A DNA stretch of 64,000 nucleotides, taken from contig MU057847.1 in NCBI GenBank assembly GCA_013265495.1, forward strand, positions 77,875-141,874, given 5' to 3'. This DNA is from Vicugna vicugna. Its lineage: Eukaryota. Of the stretch, positions 39,367 through 52,062 are shown piece by piece. Each line of letters begins with the position of its first letter. The stretch's first letter is position 1. The notes beneath the pieces were generated by a model that saw only the letters and a program-made list of their open reading frames with translations, did no database searches and was not told the origin of the DNA. The position numbers were made by a program, and so were the translations under genes.

Positions 39367-40798
39367 GTCCCTTCTCTGAGCTTTCTCGAGGGCTCCAGGG
39401 GTAATGGGAGGGGAAGACTGGGAGGGAAATGGGGCTGCTGGAACATTCACTGCTCCCCCTGTGAGCCTTGGCTTTCCTTCCCCCTCCATCTCTCCAACAA
39501 TTCCCTCAAGGGGTTTCCTAGAATCGCAGGTTGGCTGCCTCAGATGGGTTGCACCCCTTCAAGGAATCCCAGGAGGGCTTGAATGTTGAATTTGGGTGGA
39601 AACACAAGACTGGCTCCCAGTTTCCTCTCCAGATCACAGTTGCATTCTAGATTTTATATACAGGTAGATACATTTATTATGTAAGTTGGAGATGTTTGGC
39701 CAGTGGTGGAGATGAGTGTATTCAGAGCCATCCATGCCCTTGTGGGCTTGACTCCGTGTTGCTTGTCCCATGGGCCCCTCGCTTGAATCCAGTCAGTTGC
39801 TAGGGTATCAGTTTGGGTGTTTAAATCCTGAACTGGTTCTTGTTAGAGATAGCTCTTGCTTAAGATAACTAACTATTAAAATCTGTTTTCTTCATAGACA
39901 TAGAATGACAGCAGGTGACAGGAGAGTTATCAAGGGATCAGTGAATGTGCTAATTGGTAGAAGGGAGAAAATAGGAGTCTTGAATTATGCAAGACTGTTT
40001 TTGTGCAAGTACATGAGGAGATGAAGGAAAAGCATAAGAATTTTCTTAAGCAGACAAGATCCTGTAATGGTGGGATAGGTGCAAATGTCTTCATTTTGAG
40101 GGTAAGGAAGCCGGACTCCAGTTGATAGGTTCCATTTGGTCTTTCACAGCTTTCCAAGCAGGGTTCCATTTGCTTTAGGGAGGCTTCTTTTCCTGGGGAA
40201 TATATGTAAAATGTGGGAAAGTATGTTATTTCATCAGTAACTAAAATTTCAGCACTTTGTGTGGGAACATTTACACTAGTTTCTTTTGAATTCTTTGAAA
40301 GCCCATATTCTGTTGGGGAAACTTTAGCATCTGGGGAATTCCTTCATCAATTTCTCACGTAGCACAATATTTCTTGTTAGTTATTTCTGGGAATTAGTAG
40401 CCGAGATGCAGTATGTGATGTGATTTCTTCTGTTGTTTCCTAATTGATTTTCTACTCTGACATTCCTTTAGCTTTTTACACCAATTCAATTCTTATCCTT
40501 CCTTCACAATTTCATAGTTAGGGTTAATGAATAGCAAGTTGGAGGAACTAATCCTGCGGTACATTCTAGTGACCCCTTCTTGGCATCTTCACTCTCATCC
40601 TGCTGCTTTAAATGGTTTTACTCTTTCATAAAATCTTCAATAGCTTTTAAAACCACTCATTCAATGCAGATGACTGTAGGCTGTGATTCACTAGAAGAAA
40701 AGAGTTTCAGTGAAATAGCATGTTATCAGGAGGCCAAGTTATGGTAAGTGATAAGATTTGCCATTTGACTACTTCAAATGCTTGTGCTAACCCTAACC

Positions 40799-41007
40799 CA
40801 GAATTTCTCTGCACGAGTGTGGGGAGCAATTTTGCTCCCCCAGGGGACTTTTGGCAATTGTCAAAACTAGGAGGAAGGCGTGCTCCTGACATCTAGTGGG
40901 TAGATGCCAGGGATGCTGCTTAACAGCCCACAGTGCACTGGACAGTCCCCGCAGCAAAGAAGTTTCCAGTCCCCAATGTCAACAGTGTCAAGATTGGGAA
41001 ACCCTGC
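40799..41007. mobile_element. MER20 (hAT-Charlie)
   Basis: TTTTGCTCCCCCAGGGGAC...CATCTAGTGGGTAGATGCCAGGGATGCTGCT...AATGTCAACAGTG...GAAACCCTG. Confidence 0.85.
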
Positions 41008-41069
41008 CTTCAGTTAATAGCATTTTACCAAAGGAGAAGCCTGAGGAGGACCACCCTGGAGTGTTTGCA

Positions 41070-41420
41070 CCGGCACTATCCAGTTGCAGTTTCCGTAGTG
41101 ATGGAAATGTTCTCTATCTGGGCCGTCTAATGCGATAGCCACTAGCCACGTGTGGCCACTGAGCACTTGCAGTGCAGCTAGTGTGATGGAGGAACTGAGG
41201 GGCTTTTTTGCCACCAGTTTTTTTTGCAGGGTGCTAATTAGGTTTATTTATTTATTTTAATGGAAGTACTAGGGATTGAACCCAGGACCTCGTGAATGGT
41301 AAGCATGTGCTCTGCCACTGAGCTATACCCCTAACCTTGAGTGATAACTGTATTTCATTTTAATTAATTTAAAGTTAAATAGCCACATGTGGCTAGTGGC
41401 TTCCATATTGGACTCAACTG
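41070..41420. mobile_element. MER3 (hAT-Charlie), split by a SINE
   Basis: GATGGAAATGTTCTCTATCTG...TAGCCACTAGCCACGTGTGGC ... AATAGCCACATGTGGCTAGTGGC. Confidence 0.85.
41218..41333 (-). mobile_element. tRNA-derived SINE (Vic-1-like) inserted in MER3
   Basis: Same consensus (GGGATTGAACCCAGGACCTCGTG...CACTGAGCTATACCCC); it splits the MER3 element. Confidence 0.85.
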
Positions 41421-41439
41421 TAGAGGCACTCTAGTCTAG

Positions 41440-41680
41440 TGGAGTGTGGTTCTGGGACCACAGTCCTGGGGTTGTGTCCCCAGTCTACCACTTCCTAGCT
41501 TTATGGCCATGGGTATGGCATCGAAGCCTTCTGAACCCCACTATCATCATCTGTCAAATGGGGGTAATAATGGGACCTACTCCTCTGAGGGTTATGATAG
41601 GCAGTGAAATAATGCATGACAAATGAAGCATGTTACCCGCGCCCAGTACAGTAAGCATTTGCGAGATGTTCGTTATTATT
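41440..41680 (+). mobile_element. MIR SINE
   Basis: CATCTGTCAAATGGGGGTAATAAT core. Confidence 0.75.
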
Positions 41681-42379
41681 GCCAGAGATTTGTGATTAAT
41701 ATTGTAATTGTCATCATGTAAATGGGGCTTCTGCAGGGCTTACAAAGGAGCCCTCCCCTGGGATATTATTTAAAGACCACTAACTCTCAGCCCTCACAGC
41801 ATCACCTATAGGCATGTCCCCATGAACTTTGGGAGCCTTGGTTTTCTTATCTGTAAAATAGGAACACTAAAAAAATAATAATGCTGCTTCCCTGTTTATG
41901 TCACAGAATTGTCCAGAGGGTCAAATGGATGTGGAAGTGCTTTGTCAAGTACAAGGCCATCTATCAGTGTAAGGTTTATGTTATGACTTTGCTCACAGGA
42001 GTGCTTTTGTTTTGAGTTAGTGCAAAAGTTCTGCCTTGGTAGAACTGTCTTAAATTTGGAATGTGAATGCCTGTGTTGGGGAGGCTGTATTGGAGGACAG
42101 CAGGGGCCAGGAGCTCTTCACGATGTTGAGGCCTCCTCTGTCTTTAAGGATACATGAAAGCTTGGCATTTGGGGTCGGGAAACCTGGGCAGTGTATGGAC
42201 CGGCCTGGCTCCCAGGCTGCTAATGAAGTAACAAGTCATCTGGCCCAAAGGGAGAGAAGAGGGCACCTCACTGAAGCTTATGGTGTGCTGTCAAGGCCAT
42301 GCTGCCCCAGGGCTCAGCCACCCGCCATAGTGTCTGGCCTGAGAGGTACACACATGCACTCACTGAAAGTATTTGGCCC

Positions 42380-42600
42380 CATGTGGCGGAAAGAGCATGG
42401 GGCTTTGGAGTCAGACATGGGTCTGAATCCTCACAATGCTACTTCTTAGCTATGCAGCTGTAGGTGAATGCCTTCGCCTTCCTGGGCCTCAGTGGTCTCA
42501 TCTGTAAAATGGAGATAATGACTCCCACATTGCAGTGTTGTCACAAGGGTTAAATCAGGTAACTGACAGGCATGGAGGTTGCCCTCAGTAAACACGAGTT
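42380..42600 (+). mobile_element. MIR SINE
   Basis: GGGCTTTGGAGTCAGAC...GCCTCAGTGGTCTCATCTGTAAAATGGAGATAAT. Confidence 0.8.
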
Positions 42601-45600
42601 CCCTTGCCACCTAATGTTGATAAACAACAACTTTTAACCAGCTCATGGGTCCTAATCCTGTTTTTGTTCTTCTGGAAAGGAAAAAGAAAATGAAAGTTTT
42701 CTGCTGGTGGCATGGGAGAACTGAGAAGAGGAAAGGGGAAAAGCATTCTCCTTGCTGTGCCACTACTCTGTCCTGAAGGGCCATCAGAATTGTTTAGGGA
42801 CAGACTCGGATGAAGGCTAGAGCATGGGGCTCTGAATTCGTCACAATACAGTATAAATGAGGAGCCCAGGTGGCCTCGCCTGGGCTGGGTGTTCCCAGAG
42901 AAAAGTCACCATACCCTGAGTACCCAGAGAGAAGCTTTCTGGGCACAGTGGGTTTCCCAGGCCTCTGGAATTAAACTCCAGCCCTATCGGTGGCCACTTG
43001 ATCCAGTGACTGCTAACAAGCAAAGGACACAGGTCGGTTGCACTTGGCTGTGCCCACAAGCAGCTGGGGACCCCAGGCCCCAGTGCAGACAGCCATTTGA
43101 TAATGCTGCCGGTCACCAGGGAGCTGGCTGCTGGGGAGAATGCAGATAACTCCAGGAAGTCTCACCTGTACTCTGGGGAAACCAACGAAGACATAGGGGG
43201 ACATAGGGGATTAACAGCATGGGAAGGACAGGCAGCCTTCCCACGGAGAAGGGAGGGTAATAATGATCGCCACTACCATGTATTGAGCATTTACTATGTG
43301 CTACACCTCTTGCCGGGGGCTCGATGTGAGTTAGTTCACCCAACTGTGAGAGTGGAGCCCTCTTCTTTGTTGAACACACTTCTCATCTCTTCTTAGCACA
43401 TAGTAGGTGCTCAACAAACAGTTATTAAGTGAGTCCTCACAGTTAGCCTATGCTGAAGGAGCTCTAAGCCTTACTAAATAGATAAGGAAATTTTGTTTTT
43501 GAACAGTTCCATGATTTGTTCAAGAGCCCAGCTCTTATTGACTGCGAGTCGGGATTCACACCTTGATTTGTCCAAGTCCGTGGTCTAACCCTCTTGCAAG
43601 TACATCATGCTGCCTCCTCAGAAGGTCAAGATGCCAGATTTTCTTCAACAAAGGCATATCTGCTCAGAAATGACTGGATCAGATTCAAGAACACCACACA
43701 AAGACATGATATTGTAACATCCATGCCTCCTTCATCCCACCCACTGCCTCCATCCCCCCAATTCTGTCCCCAGATGAATTCATTTTACAAATAAGAGAAC
43801 TGAGGCATGAAGAAATTATATGACTTGTCCAAGGTCACACAGCTTGTCGGGATCTTTATTAGTTTGACATTTTAGCCCTCAGAAAACTCAGAGCCTGACA
43901 GGGAGGGGAAGAATTTCATCTATTGGGGCCAAGGCTAAATGGGAAAAAATTAATAAAGGGCCCCATATTGTTAAAGCAACTTACTTGAGTTTTTTTAAAG
44001 TAGGAACATAAAACACAGTACTCATCTAATTTGAACATTTGGAACTGTATTCCTTGTTACAAATTACAACAATATAATTCAGTTATCTGCTATAGTATAT
44101 ACAGTAGATGTTCAAAATGGGGAATAGAAACACGAGAAGAGAAAAAGAAGAGATACAGACATGGGAAAGTCTAGATATGGATAAGAAAAAAGTAACAAAT
44201 TGCAGGCACTGTATTTCAGAAAAGATTGCTACTAAAGATGAATAAAGTCATGTTGCTTTTTTATATCAACAAGGTCATTATCCTTTGGGGGCCTCACTGG
44301 GCCAAGGACCAGACCATTCTATAAGCTGTGGGTCATGTTACTTCATTATTGCATCTCCATCTCCCCTTTCCATAAACCCAACTGTTCTGGGAAAGTGGAG
44401 AGTAAATTATGTCAAAGGGAGACTCTTCTGAGCTCCATGGGGGCTGAAGAACAGAAAAGAAAAGAAAAGAAAATGCCTGGGAGGCCAGGCATATCTGCCT
44501 GTTCAGATTTTGAGTAGAGCCCAATAGGTAAGGCAGGAAAAGTCTACTCTCCTGAGTTTGCATGAAGCATATGAACAGAGGTTTCTGCGTTAGTTCACTA
44601 TTCATTTATGATACTTGAAGGGAGTCTCTAGAAATCATTTAATAGACCAAGATGGGGGAAAAATTCCCAATAAACCTCCATGTCCTATTTTTGAAGGATA
44701 TAATTTTACTGAGTGAGAAATGTGTGTTTCTTCTGTGCAAATGTCAGTGATCTGCAAAGACCTTATTTCATGTAGAAATGGCCTGTGTTTGGTTACTCAG
44801 AGTTGGAGGAAACTCTCTGAGATGAGATTGTTAATTCTCTGATAAGGATGAACTCCTGATTTGAAAAAAGATTTTTTTGGTGTTTCCTTTGAAGGGGAAA
44901 AAAGAATGAATAGGGAATTTTCAAGTCAAGTATTTTGCATTTTTTAAATGGGAAAAAATAGCTTAGGTTTCTAAACAAGATAAAAGTAGAGGTTTCTGAA
45001 AATGTCGACAGGCTTCAGAAAGACGTGCTCCAAAGGCTGGGTTTCTGTTGGTCAACTCAAGCCAGGCTTACAGGGGCCTCTGCAAAATCGGGCCTCTCTA
45101 AGGATGAACTGGGAACTTTGAAAGATTGTCTCAATGAATCAGAGGATCCTGGAATGCCTGAGCTAAAAGGACCCTTAGATCCAAGTCTAGCCCAATCCCT
45201 TACTTCTTAGGTGAGGAAACTGCAGCCCAGAGAGAGAACTTGGTGTGCCCAAGGCCTCACAGCTACTTAATAGCAGGGCTGGGCTGTCAACTCTCCAAAA
45301 GTTGTCGTAGGTCTCATTGGAGGTACCAGTCTTAGAGGCAGAAGTTAGAAAAGCAAAGCATCGTCCTTTGTGGTCACAATTCTCCCTAGGTATCATTCAA
45401 ATTCACTTTTTCTTCACCACACTTGCCCTGCCATCCATTTCTTATGGCTTCTTGTTTTCCAGCTGTTCTGTTCCAGCCATGCCCATGATTTACAGTGGGG
45501 TTTCCTCAAAGTGGGATGTTTAGATTCTGTACCTCAGAATCACCCAGGAGCAATGGACTGTTCAGATCTCTGAGCTCAGCCCCAATGGAAGACTCCAAGT

Positions 45601-45712
45601 CTCTGGGAGTGAGGGCCCCAGAATCAGCAATTGTTATGCAAGCTGCTGACTTGCAGCCTTCCTCCTCAGACCCATTTCTCACACCACTGTCCATATCTGT
45701 ACTAGTAGTTTT

Positions 45713-45925
45713 ATTTATGTATTTATTTGAAGAGTTGATTTTCAATATGGTGTTAGTTTCTGGTGTACAGCAAAGTGATTCAGTTATACATATATACATA
45801 TTCTTTTCCATTATGGTTTATTACCAGATATTGAGTATAGCTCCCTGTGTTATACAGTAGGACCTTGTTTATCTATTTTATATATAGTAGCTTTATCTAC
45901 AGCACTATTTACAATAGCCAAGACA
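45713..45925 (-). mobile_element. L1 3' end with 5' inversion
   Basis: Perfect 15-nt TSD TGTACTAGTAGTTTT (45698-45712, 45926-45940); an inverted ORF2 piece at ~45900-45925. Confidence 0.85.
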
Positions 45926-47565
45926 TGTACTAGTAGTTTTTAAAACCCTACTATTTCTTGAGCACTTATTTTGTACCAGGCACTGGGCTATTTTTCATGC
46001 ATCATCTCATTTATTCCTCAGATGCTGGCTGTGTGCTTCCCTCTCACTCTCAGAGATGGGAGAGGGGCGGCTGCCTTGCACCACGATGTAGGCACCCCTC
46101 TCGGGCACTGCTCCCCTGGGGGCTTCCTTCCCACCAGGCCATTCTGGCTAGGGATTCTTGCACCTTACAGTTGAAGGAAGCCTGGAAGATTTCTCCTTTC
46201 CTGGTTCTCACTGCCACTATTCTTTTCCCATGAGGTGGCTACCCTGGTGGGAAGGGCTTTGCGCACATCATTTGCTTCTTCAGAGTGGCAATCGTTTTCC
46301 TTTCGCTGCCTAGGAGTGACAGGGGCTGAAGGAGGGAATGAGCTTGGACCTGCAGTGAACACAGAAGAGAACCAGGAGTCTTCTTCCTGCCTTTGGTCAT
46401 CTGGGCCTTTCTCTCCTCCCCCACTAGCTGCCGCCTAGCCTGGCCCAGGTTCAGGTCCTCTTTCTGGGGCTCCCTCTTTCCCTCTGGGTATCCTGTCTAC
46501 CCCCATGCCCTGGGGCACTTCATTTTCTAATCTGTTGCTATCTGGGGTCCCTTGTCCTGAAGCCTCCTTCCTGTGGCCTGTCCATATTTCTCTAGACCCT
46601 TCTGGCTTCTTTTGCAGGCACTGGACCTAAGAGGTATGAGAGTCAAGCGTGGGAGCAGAGTTGACCCTGAGCAAAAGGAATGTAGGTGAGCCAGATGCTG
46701 CCCCTGCCTCAGTGCCCCAAGCACGTTGGGCTCAGCCAGAGTCCTCAGGCTCCTCCCGGTCACTCAGGGTTTGTGGTTGTCACTTGCCTTCTCTGTCCCC
46801 ATCCCCAGCTCACCTATACTGACTCTCAGTGCCTCAGGCCTCAGGCTGGCAACAACCTTTTCTGCCTAGTAAATGGCCCACATGAAGATGGGCTTCCCCT
46901 ACAAGGCCTTTCATGTTGACTCCAGCCTATACCAAGAGGTTCCTTCTAGTCCCTTTTGCTGTTTTAAATGGAACCACCCAGAGAAGCACCATATAGGACC
47001 TCCTGTGGCTAGACTGCCTCCCATCCCCCAATACCCCCACCCAAGGTTCCCCTGTACTCTCACCTTCCCTGTTCTTTGCCTTCATTTACAGCTAGATCTC
47101 AGCTTTCTAGTCCTGCTTTGCTGCTTCCTGCCCAGCTGGGCTTTGTGATGTGTTTTGGACACACTTCTCCAGCTTAACCTTGATGCTCTGCCTCATTTCT
47201 GCCTTCTGGTCCCCTGTGCCATGCCTGTGTGCAACACACACTCTAGTTTCCTGTTCCACGACTACTGGGCCCTGCGGACTCCTCCTATATGGAGTCAGTA
47301 CTCAAGAGTTTAGCCTTTGAGTCCTCATCATAAAATGAATACTTGTCATAAAATATCATAAGAGAACACATGACAAGTTTGTCTCACCTCCTGATTTTAC
47401 AAATGTGGGAACTGAGGCCCAGCAAGGAACTAGAACCAGGGCAAGGCCACAGGGAGACTCTGTTAGAAGGGTAGAATCAGGACCCAGGCTTTCTGGTCCC
47501 CAATCAAGTACTGCTCTCCATTTTTCACGTGTATTTTTTTCTTTGTCATCAGGGAGTGGGTCATT

Positions 47566-47822
47566 TTAGTAGAGCACTTCTGGGCTCTGGAGTCAGATCA
47601 CCTCAGTTCAAATCCTGCCCTCACCATGTACTTGCATGACACCCTGAGGAGTTACTTAGCCTTTCCGTTGCCTCATCTGCAAAATTGGGGAGGAGTGCGA
47701 CTAAACAATACCTACCTCACAGGGTTACTCTGAGAATTAAATGAGATGATGTATGCAAAACACTTTGAACTGTGTCTGCACATATTAAATGTCCAGTAAA
47801 TGTTAACTATGTCAATTTTATC
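47566..47822 (+). mobile_element. MIR SINE
   Basis: GGCTCTGGAGTCAGA...TTCAAATCCTG...CCTACCTCACAGGGTT. Confidence 0.8.
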
Positions 47823-49137
47823 ATTACCTCCATAGTCTCTAAAACAGGACTGAGTACATAGTAAGTCTGCGTGAAGACTTTGAGGTACAAACAGAGAGGC
47901 CCTAGGAAATAATATTCTGACTTGGTAGTCTAGTTCTAATGGTGGGTTCTAATTCAAATGGTGGATATTTTAGGCTGTATAGAAAGGGACAGACCAGAGA
48001 ACCTTTGGATAACTCTTCCTGTAGCTGCAAGTAGGCAGCTGTCTCTTGGCCCTGCTGCAGGGCTGTCTGTGGAGTTAAGGGCTAAGAATCAAAGGTCTTC
48101 AAGACCCTCAAACATGACCTTGAATGAGAATGGCCAGGGCTTTCAGATTCTTGCAGGCGTTTTGATTCTAGTAGGCCTAGGCCCCTTGGGGGCGGCAGCA
48201 TCACCCCTCCTTCTGCCCTTTCCCTCCCTGTGGAGACACAGTTCACACTGTGACCTCTCTGCTTGACCTCTCTGCTTCCCCCCTAGAACTGAGAGACTGA
48301 AGGCTGTTTATCATAACCATGAGGTGATCGCCTCCCCAGCCCCCACCCTGTGGGCTAAAGGACCTTAAGATGAAACCAAAAAGTTACAAGTTGGCTTCAC
48401 AAAGGTGACAGATGGTTCAGCTTGGGCTGGGGGAACATTCTTGTGGCCAGGTTCTCTTTCCCCTTTATCTCCCCTGCCTCCCCGACCAGGGAACCACTGC
48501 CAACACAGTCCAACCAGCCACGTAGAATTCACAGCCTGGCCCAGTACCACCCCTGCTTTTTTCTTCTTCTTTTGCCTTTTTTCCCTCCTTGGAGGGTTTT
48601 TTGCCCCACTCCCTCCCTCCTCCCTGGTGGAATATTGACTGCTGGGAGTAGTAATAACAAATACATGATGAACTAGAAAGCCTCAGACACACTCTGCTTG
48701 GGATGGACTTGAGAGCTGGCAGAAAGTTTGGGTTTAGAGCTCTTGGTGCCCAACACGCACTTAAGGCTGTGAAATCCATCCTCAGGGCCCGTCGACTCAA
48801 TTCTGGCTCTTCCTTGAGTCTCTCAGGGTCCTCATGCTTCCTACTCCTCTTGCTGGTACCCCACTTCCGCCTGGCCACCTGAGAGGTCCATGCTACAGAC
48901 CTAGCCCCTTAATATGATGCGATCTCTCATCACAATATACATGTCCAGGGAGCCATTTTGGGCAGGAATTTTCCTTGTTAAAATGACCACCAACTTTGCA
49001 AAGATGTTAGGGGCTGACGATGACCTGACGAGTTATCCTATTTTTCAAGTCCTATAATGGGCCGATATGTGAGATTCTTTGGGGCCGGAGTGAGTGGTCA
49101 TTTAATACTTAATCAGATTTTGCCAAGTAAGGAGGGA

Positions 49138-49400
49138 GCAGAGTGTAGTGATCAAACTATGGGCCCTGAAATCCACCTGAATTGGGTATGAGTCCTAGCT
49201 CTGTTACTTACTACTTGCATGGCCTTGCCCAGATTACTTAATTTTGGTGAGACTCAGTTTCCTCATCTGGGAAATGGGGCTGAAAATAATAATAAAAACA
49301 AAATAAAAAGGCCTTCCTCATAGGGCTCTTGTGAGATTCGATGAGATGATGCCTGTAAAACCATTTTTTTCAGTGCCTGCCTGGCCCAGAGTCAGGATTT
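49138..49400 (+). mobile_element. MIR SINE
   Basis: CTCAGTTTCCTCATCTGGGAAATGGGG core. Confidence 0.8.
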
Positions 49401-49467
49401 AGCAATTTCATTTGTTGCATTAATTGTGTAATGTTAATTGCCTCCAACTGTGCAAGAACAGAGCTTT

Positions 49468-49623
49468 CAAAATTTTTTCTTTTCTTTTTTTAATTGAAGT
49501 ATAGTTGATTTACCATGTTGTGTTAGTTTCTGGTGTACAGCATAGTGATTCAGTCATATATTCTTTTTCATATTCTTTTTCATTATAGGTTATCACAAGC
49601 TATTGAATGTAGTTCCCTGTGAG
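49468..49623 (-). mobile_element. L1 3' end
   Basis: TSD GAACAGAGCTTT (49456-49467, 49624-49635). Confidence 0.88.
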
Positions 49624-49924
49624 GAACAGAGCTTTTACTCACTGGATATGTAGGTTGACAAGACAGAACAGGACTCTGCACCAGCTGGGCTTTGAGGCCG
49701 CTAGAGAAATGGCGGAAAGAATCTTTGAGGCCAAGTTCTTTGCCTTTTTCACCCCCTGCCCCCACCAGATGCTCTAAGGTATTAGGGGTGGATGAGCCCG
49801 CTGTTTCTGAGCTGCTCCTGGTCTCCTCTAGGGGTGAGGGGCAATGAGGAGGAAGGGAAGGCAGGGCTGGAGGCAAAACTTGAGAGCTTTTAAACAGAAG
49901 TACTGGAGGAGGAAAAGGCACAAA

Positions 49925-49958
49925 GAAGGAAGAAGAAGAAGAGGAGGAGGAGGAGAGG
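49925..49958. repeat. (GAA)n(GAG)n purine tract
   Basis: Direct reading. Confidence 0.9.
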
Positions 49959-49989
49959 CTGTAGCCAGTGTGGCTGTCACAGCTGCTTC

Positions 49990-50900
49990 TCTAAGATAAG
50001 GCGAGGATCTTTCCTCTCTTCTCCTCATAGTGAGATGCAGTGCCGCAGAAATTTTGAGCAGTCTTCCAGCCAAGACAGCATGTTCTTTCGAAGCTGCCTC
50101 CCATTTCCAGTCCACAGACATGCTCCCCGGATGATGATCAGGGTGTTGCGAGGTATTCCTGAAGGGGGCTCCCCTGTGGCGGGGAAGTGAGGGCAGGAGG
50201 CTGTCATTTTCCTCTGGCCTCCTGGAGTGGAAGGAAGGCCTGGGGGACAGAGTGTAGTGAGCACCTCTTCTAGAGCAGGGGTCCGAGGCAGGAGTCCCCT
50301 AGGGCGTGTCTGGACATCTGCTTGATGGTTCTGGTTGCCAAATGCCCACAGGTGAGGGCGTGGAATAGCTCTCATCCAACTTCCTACTGACACCCATGCG
50401 CATATTCAGGGTTGGCTTTGCAGGGGCTGCTGAAGAGGTCTTTTCAAATAACATGCCACCAGAGCCATGCAGCAGTTTCTGCTTTGGGCAGACACCCCAC
50501 CAGGGATTTCAGAGGCAGGATCAATGACCATCAAGATTGTTCCCTTAGTCCAGGATGGCACTCACGTTAGTGCCTAAGAGCAGCAGCAAGCAGACGTTCC
50601 GGAGCTAACTAGCTGGCCGGGAGCCTGCCAAGAGCTGCTGCCGCTCTTGGCCCTTGCTGCAAAAATACCCGTCATGCCGATGACCTTGGAGAGCCCTGAT
50701 TTGTCCATGGAAGTAGTCATGTCCTGGCCAGATCTCGGCCTCAAGCCCCCACCACCCTGAGTGAACGCTGCCATCAGCAGGGCGACTGTCCACATCAGAG
50801 CCATTCTGATGGCTGCTGGGCTGGCCGGGTGGGACTTCTGGATCTCACTGTGTGATCTAAGGGGTGGCCGTCTCCATCATGGAGTCCAAGGGCTGCATTT
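49990..50900 (+). pseudogene. Highly decayed coding-like relic, tentatively carbohydrate 6-O-sulfotransferase (CHST2/CHST7-like)
   Basis: Repeat-free, GC-elevated segment with several short colinear motif resemblances across frames (see findings). Many stops and frameshifts; spacing is imperfect and RYEDL is not recognisable. Confidence 0.3.
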
Positions 50901-51529
50901 CAAGAACTGGCCAAATCTCTGGTGTCCTGCCAACCTCATGCCAGGAAAAGGGGAAGAGGGAGTGACCATACTCCATTAGAAGTCAGCTTATTTTACAACT
51001 AATAAGGGGAAATGGGGCCCTTTCTCAGACTTTCACTTCAGGGGTGGCCCAGGTTTCTCAATGAGCTGGCAGCCAGGCAAAAGGCATTCCGTCTAGGAGT
51101 AGCTGGGCACTTTCTCCCCCTGCCCCCCGTTATACCTCAGAATGACCAGCTGCACGACTCTTCCGCCACTGAGTGGCAGACACCCAACACACATATCTGG
51201 CTGAGGGGCCAGAGTCTAGCCATATTTGAAGGAGTTGGAGACATTCTCCTGAGGATCAGGAAAGCCATCTCAAAGAAGGTGAGCCTTCAGGGGCTTTGAC
51301 ATGTTCTGACATTTTGTCAAGGTCTATCTAACTTGCTCAGTTGACAACTCGCTTGAGGGACTGGCAACTTCTGTTCTTCATAAAGAAGTGTTTGTGGTGG
51401 GATGGGTTGGGGAAGGGGACAAAGCATCCCCTCATGGGCCACTTACCAAGTTCTGTGTTGCAGCTTACGTAGCTCCAAACCTGCCCCACGTTTGGCTTCT
51501 TGCCCAGTTAAGCTGGGGCCTAGAGGACT

Positions 51530-52062
51530 TGTATTCGTATTCTATTGCTGTGTAACAAATGACAAAAATTTGAGTATCTTACTACACAAATTTACTCTCT
51601 CTCAGTTTCCATGAGTCAAGAGTCTAGGGAAGGTGTAGTGGGCCCTCTACTCAGGGCCTCACAAGGCTGCAATCAGTGTACCAGCCAGAGCTGAGGGCTT
51701 GTTTGAGGTTTGAGGTTATCTTCCAAACTGACTGGTTGTTGGCAGAATACAGTTTCTTTGAGGCTGTAGGGTTGAGGTCCCTACTCTTTGGACAGCTGTT
51801 AACCAAGTGTTGCTCTCGGCCACTGCCATTCTCGGCCACATGGTCCTCTCCCCAACATGGCATTTTGTTCCCTCAAGGCCCATAGGAGGGGGTCTGCTGT
51901 ACCTTTGAATCTCTCTGACTTCTTTATCCGACCTCCAGACTCTCTTTTAAAAGAGCTCACCTGATCAGAGCAGGCTCATCTACACTGGGTGAGGGGGGGG
52001 GGTGGATTTACAGGCCATGCAAACCAGGGAGGCAACAGCCCTGGGGGCAATTTGCCTACCAC
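51530..52062 (-). mobile_element. MLT1-type (ERVL-MaLR) solo LTR
   Basis: TGTATT...CTATTGCTGTGTAACAAAT...CTCACAAGGCTGCAATCA...GTTGTTGGCAGAAT...TGCCTACCACA. Confidence 0.85.

Noticed and set aside
38896..39489. 197-aa ORF on the - strand
   Set aside because: Runs antisense through the GA-rich duplicated module and an L2-like end; no protein family resemblance.
49895..49990. Protamine-like RRKKKKRRRRRGCSQCGC peptide
   Set aside because: Produced by the (GAA)n(GAG)n microsatellite; preceded by an in-frame stop and has no start codon.
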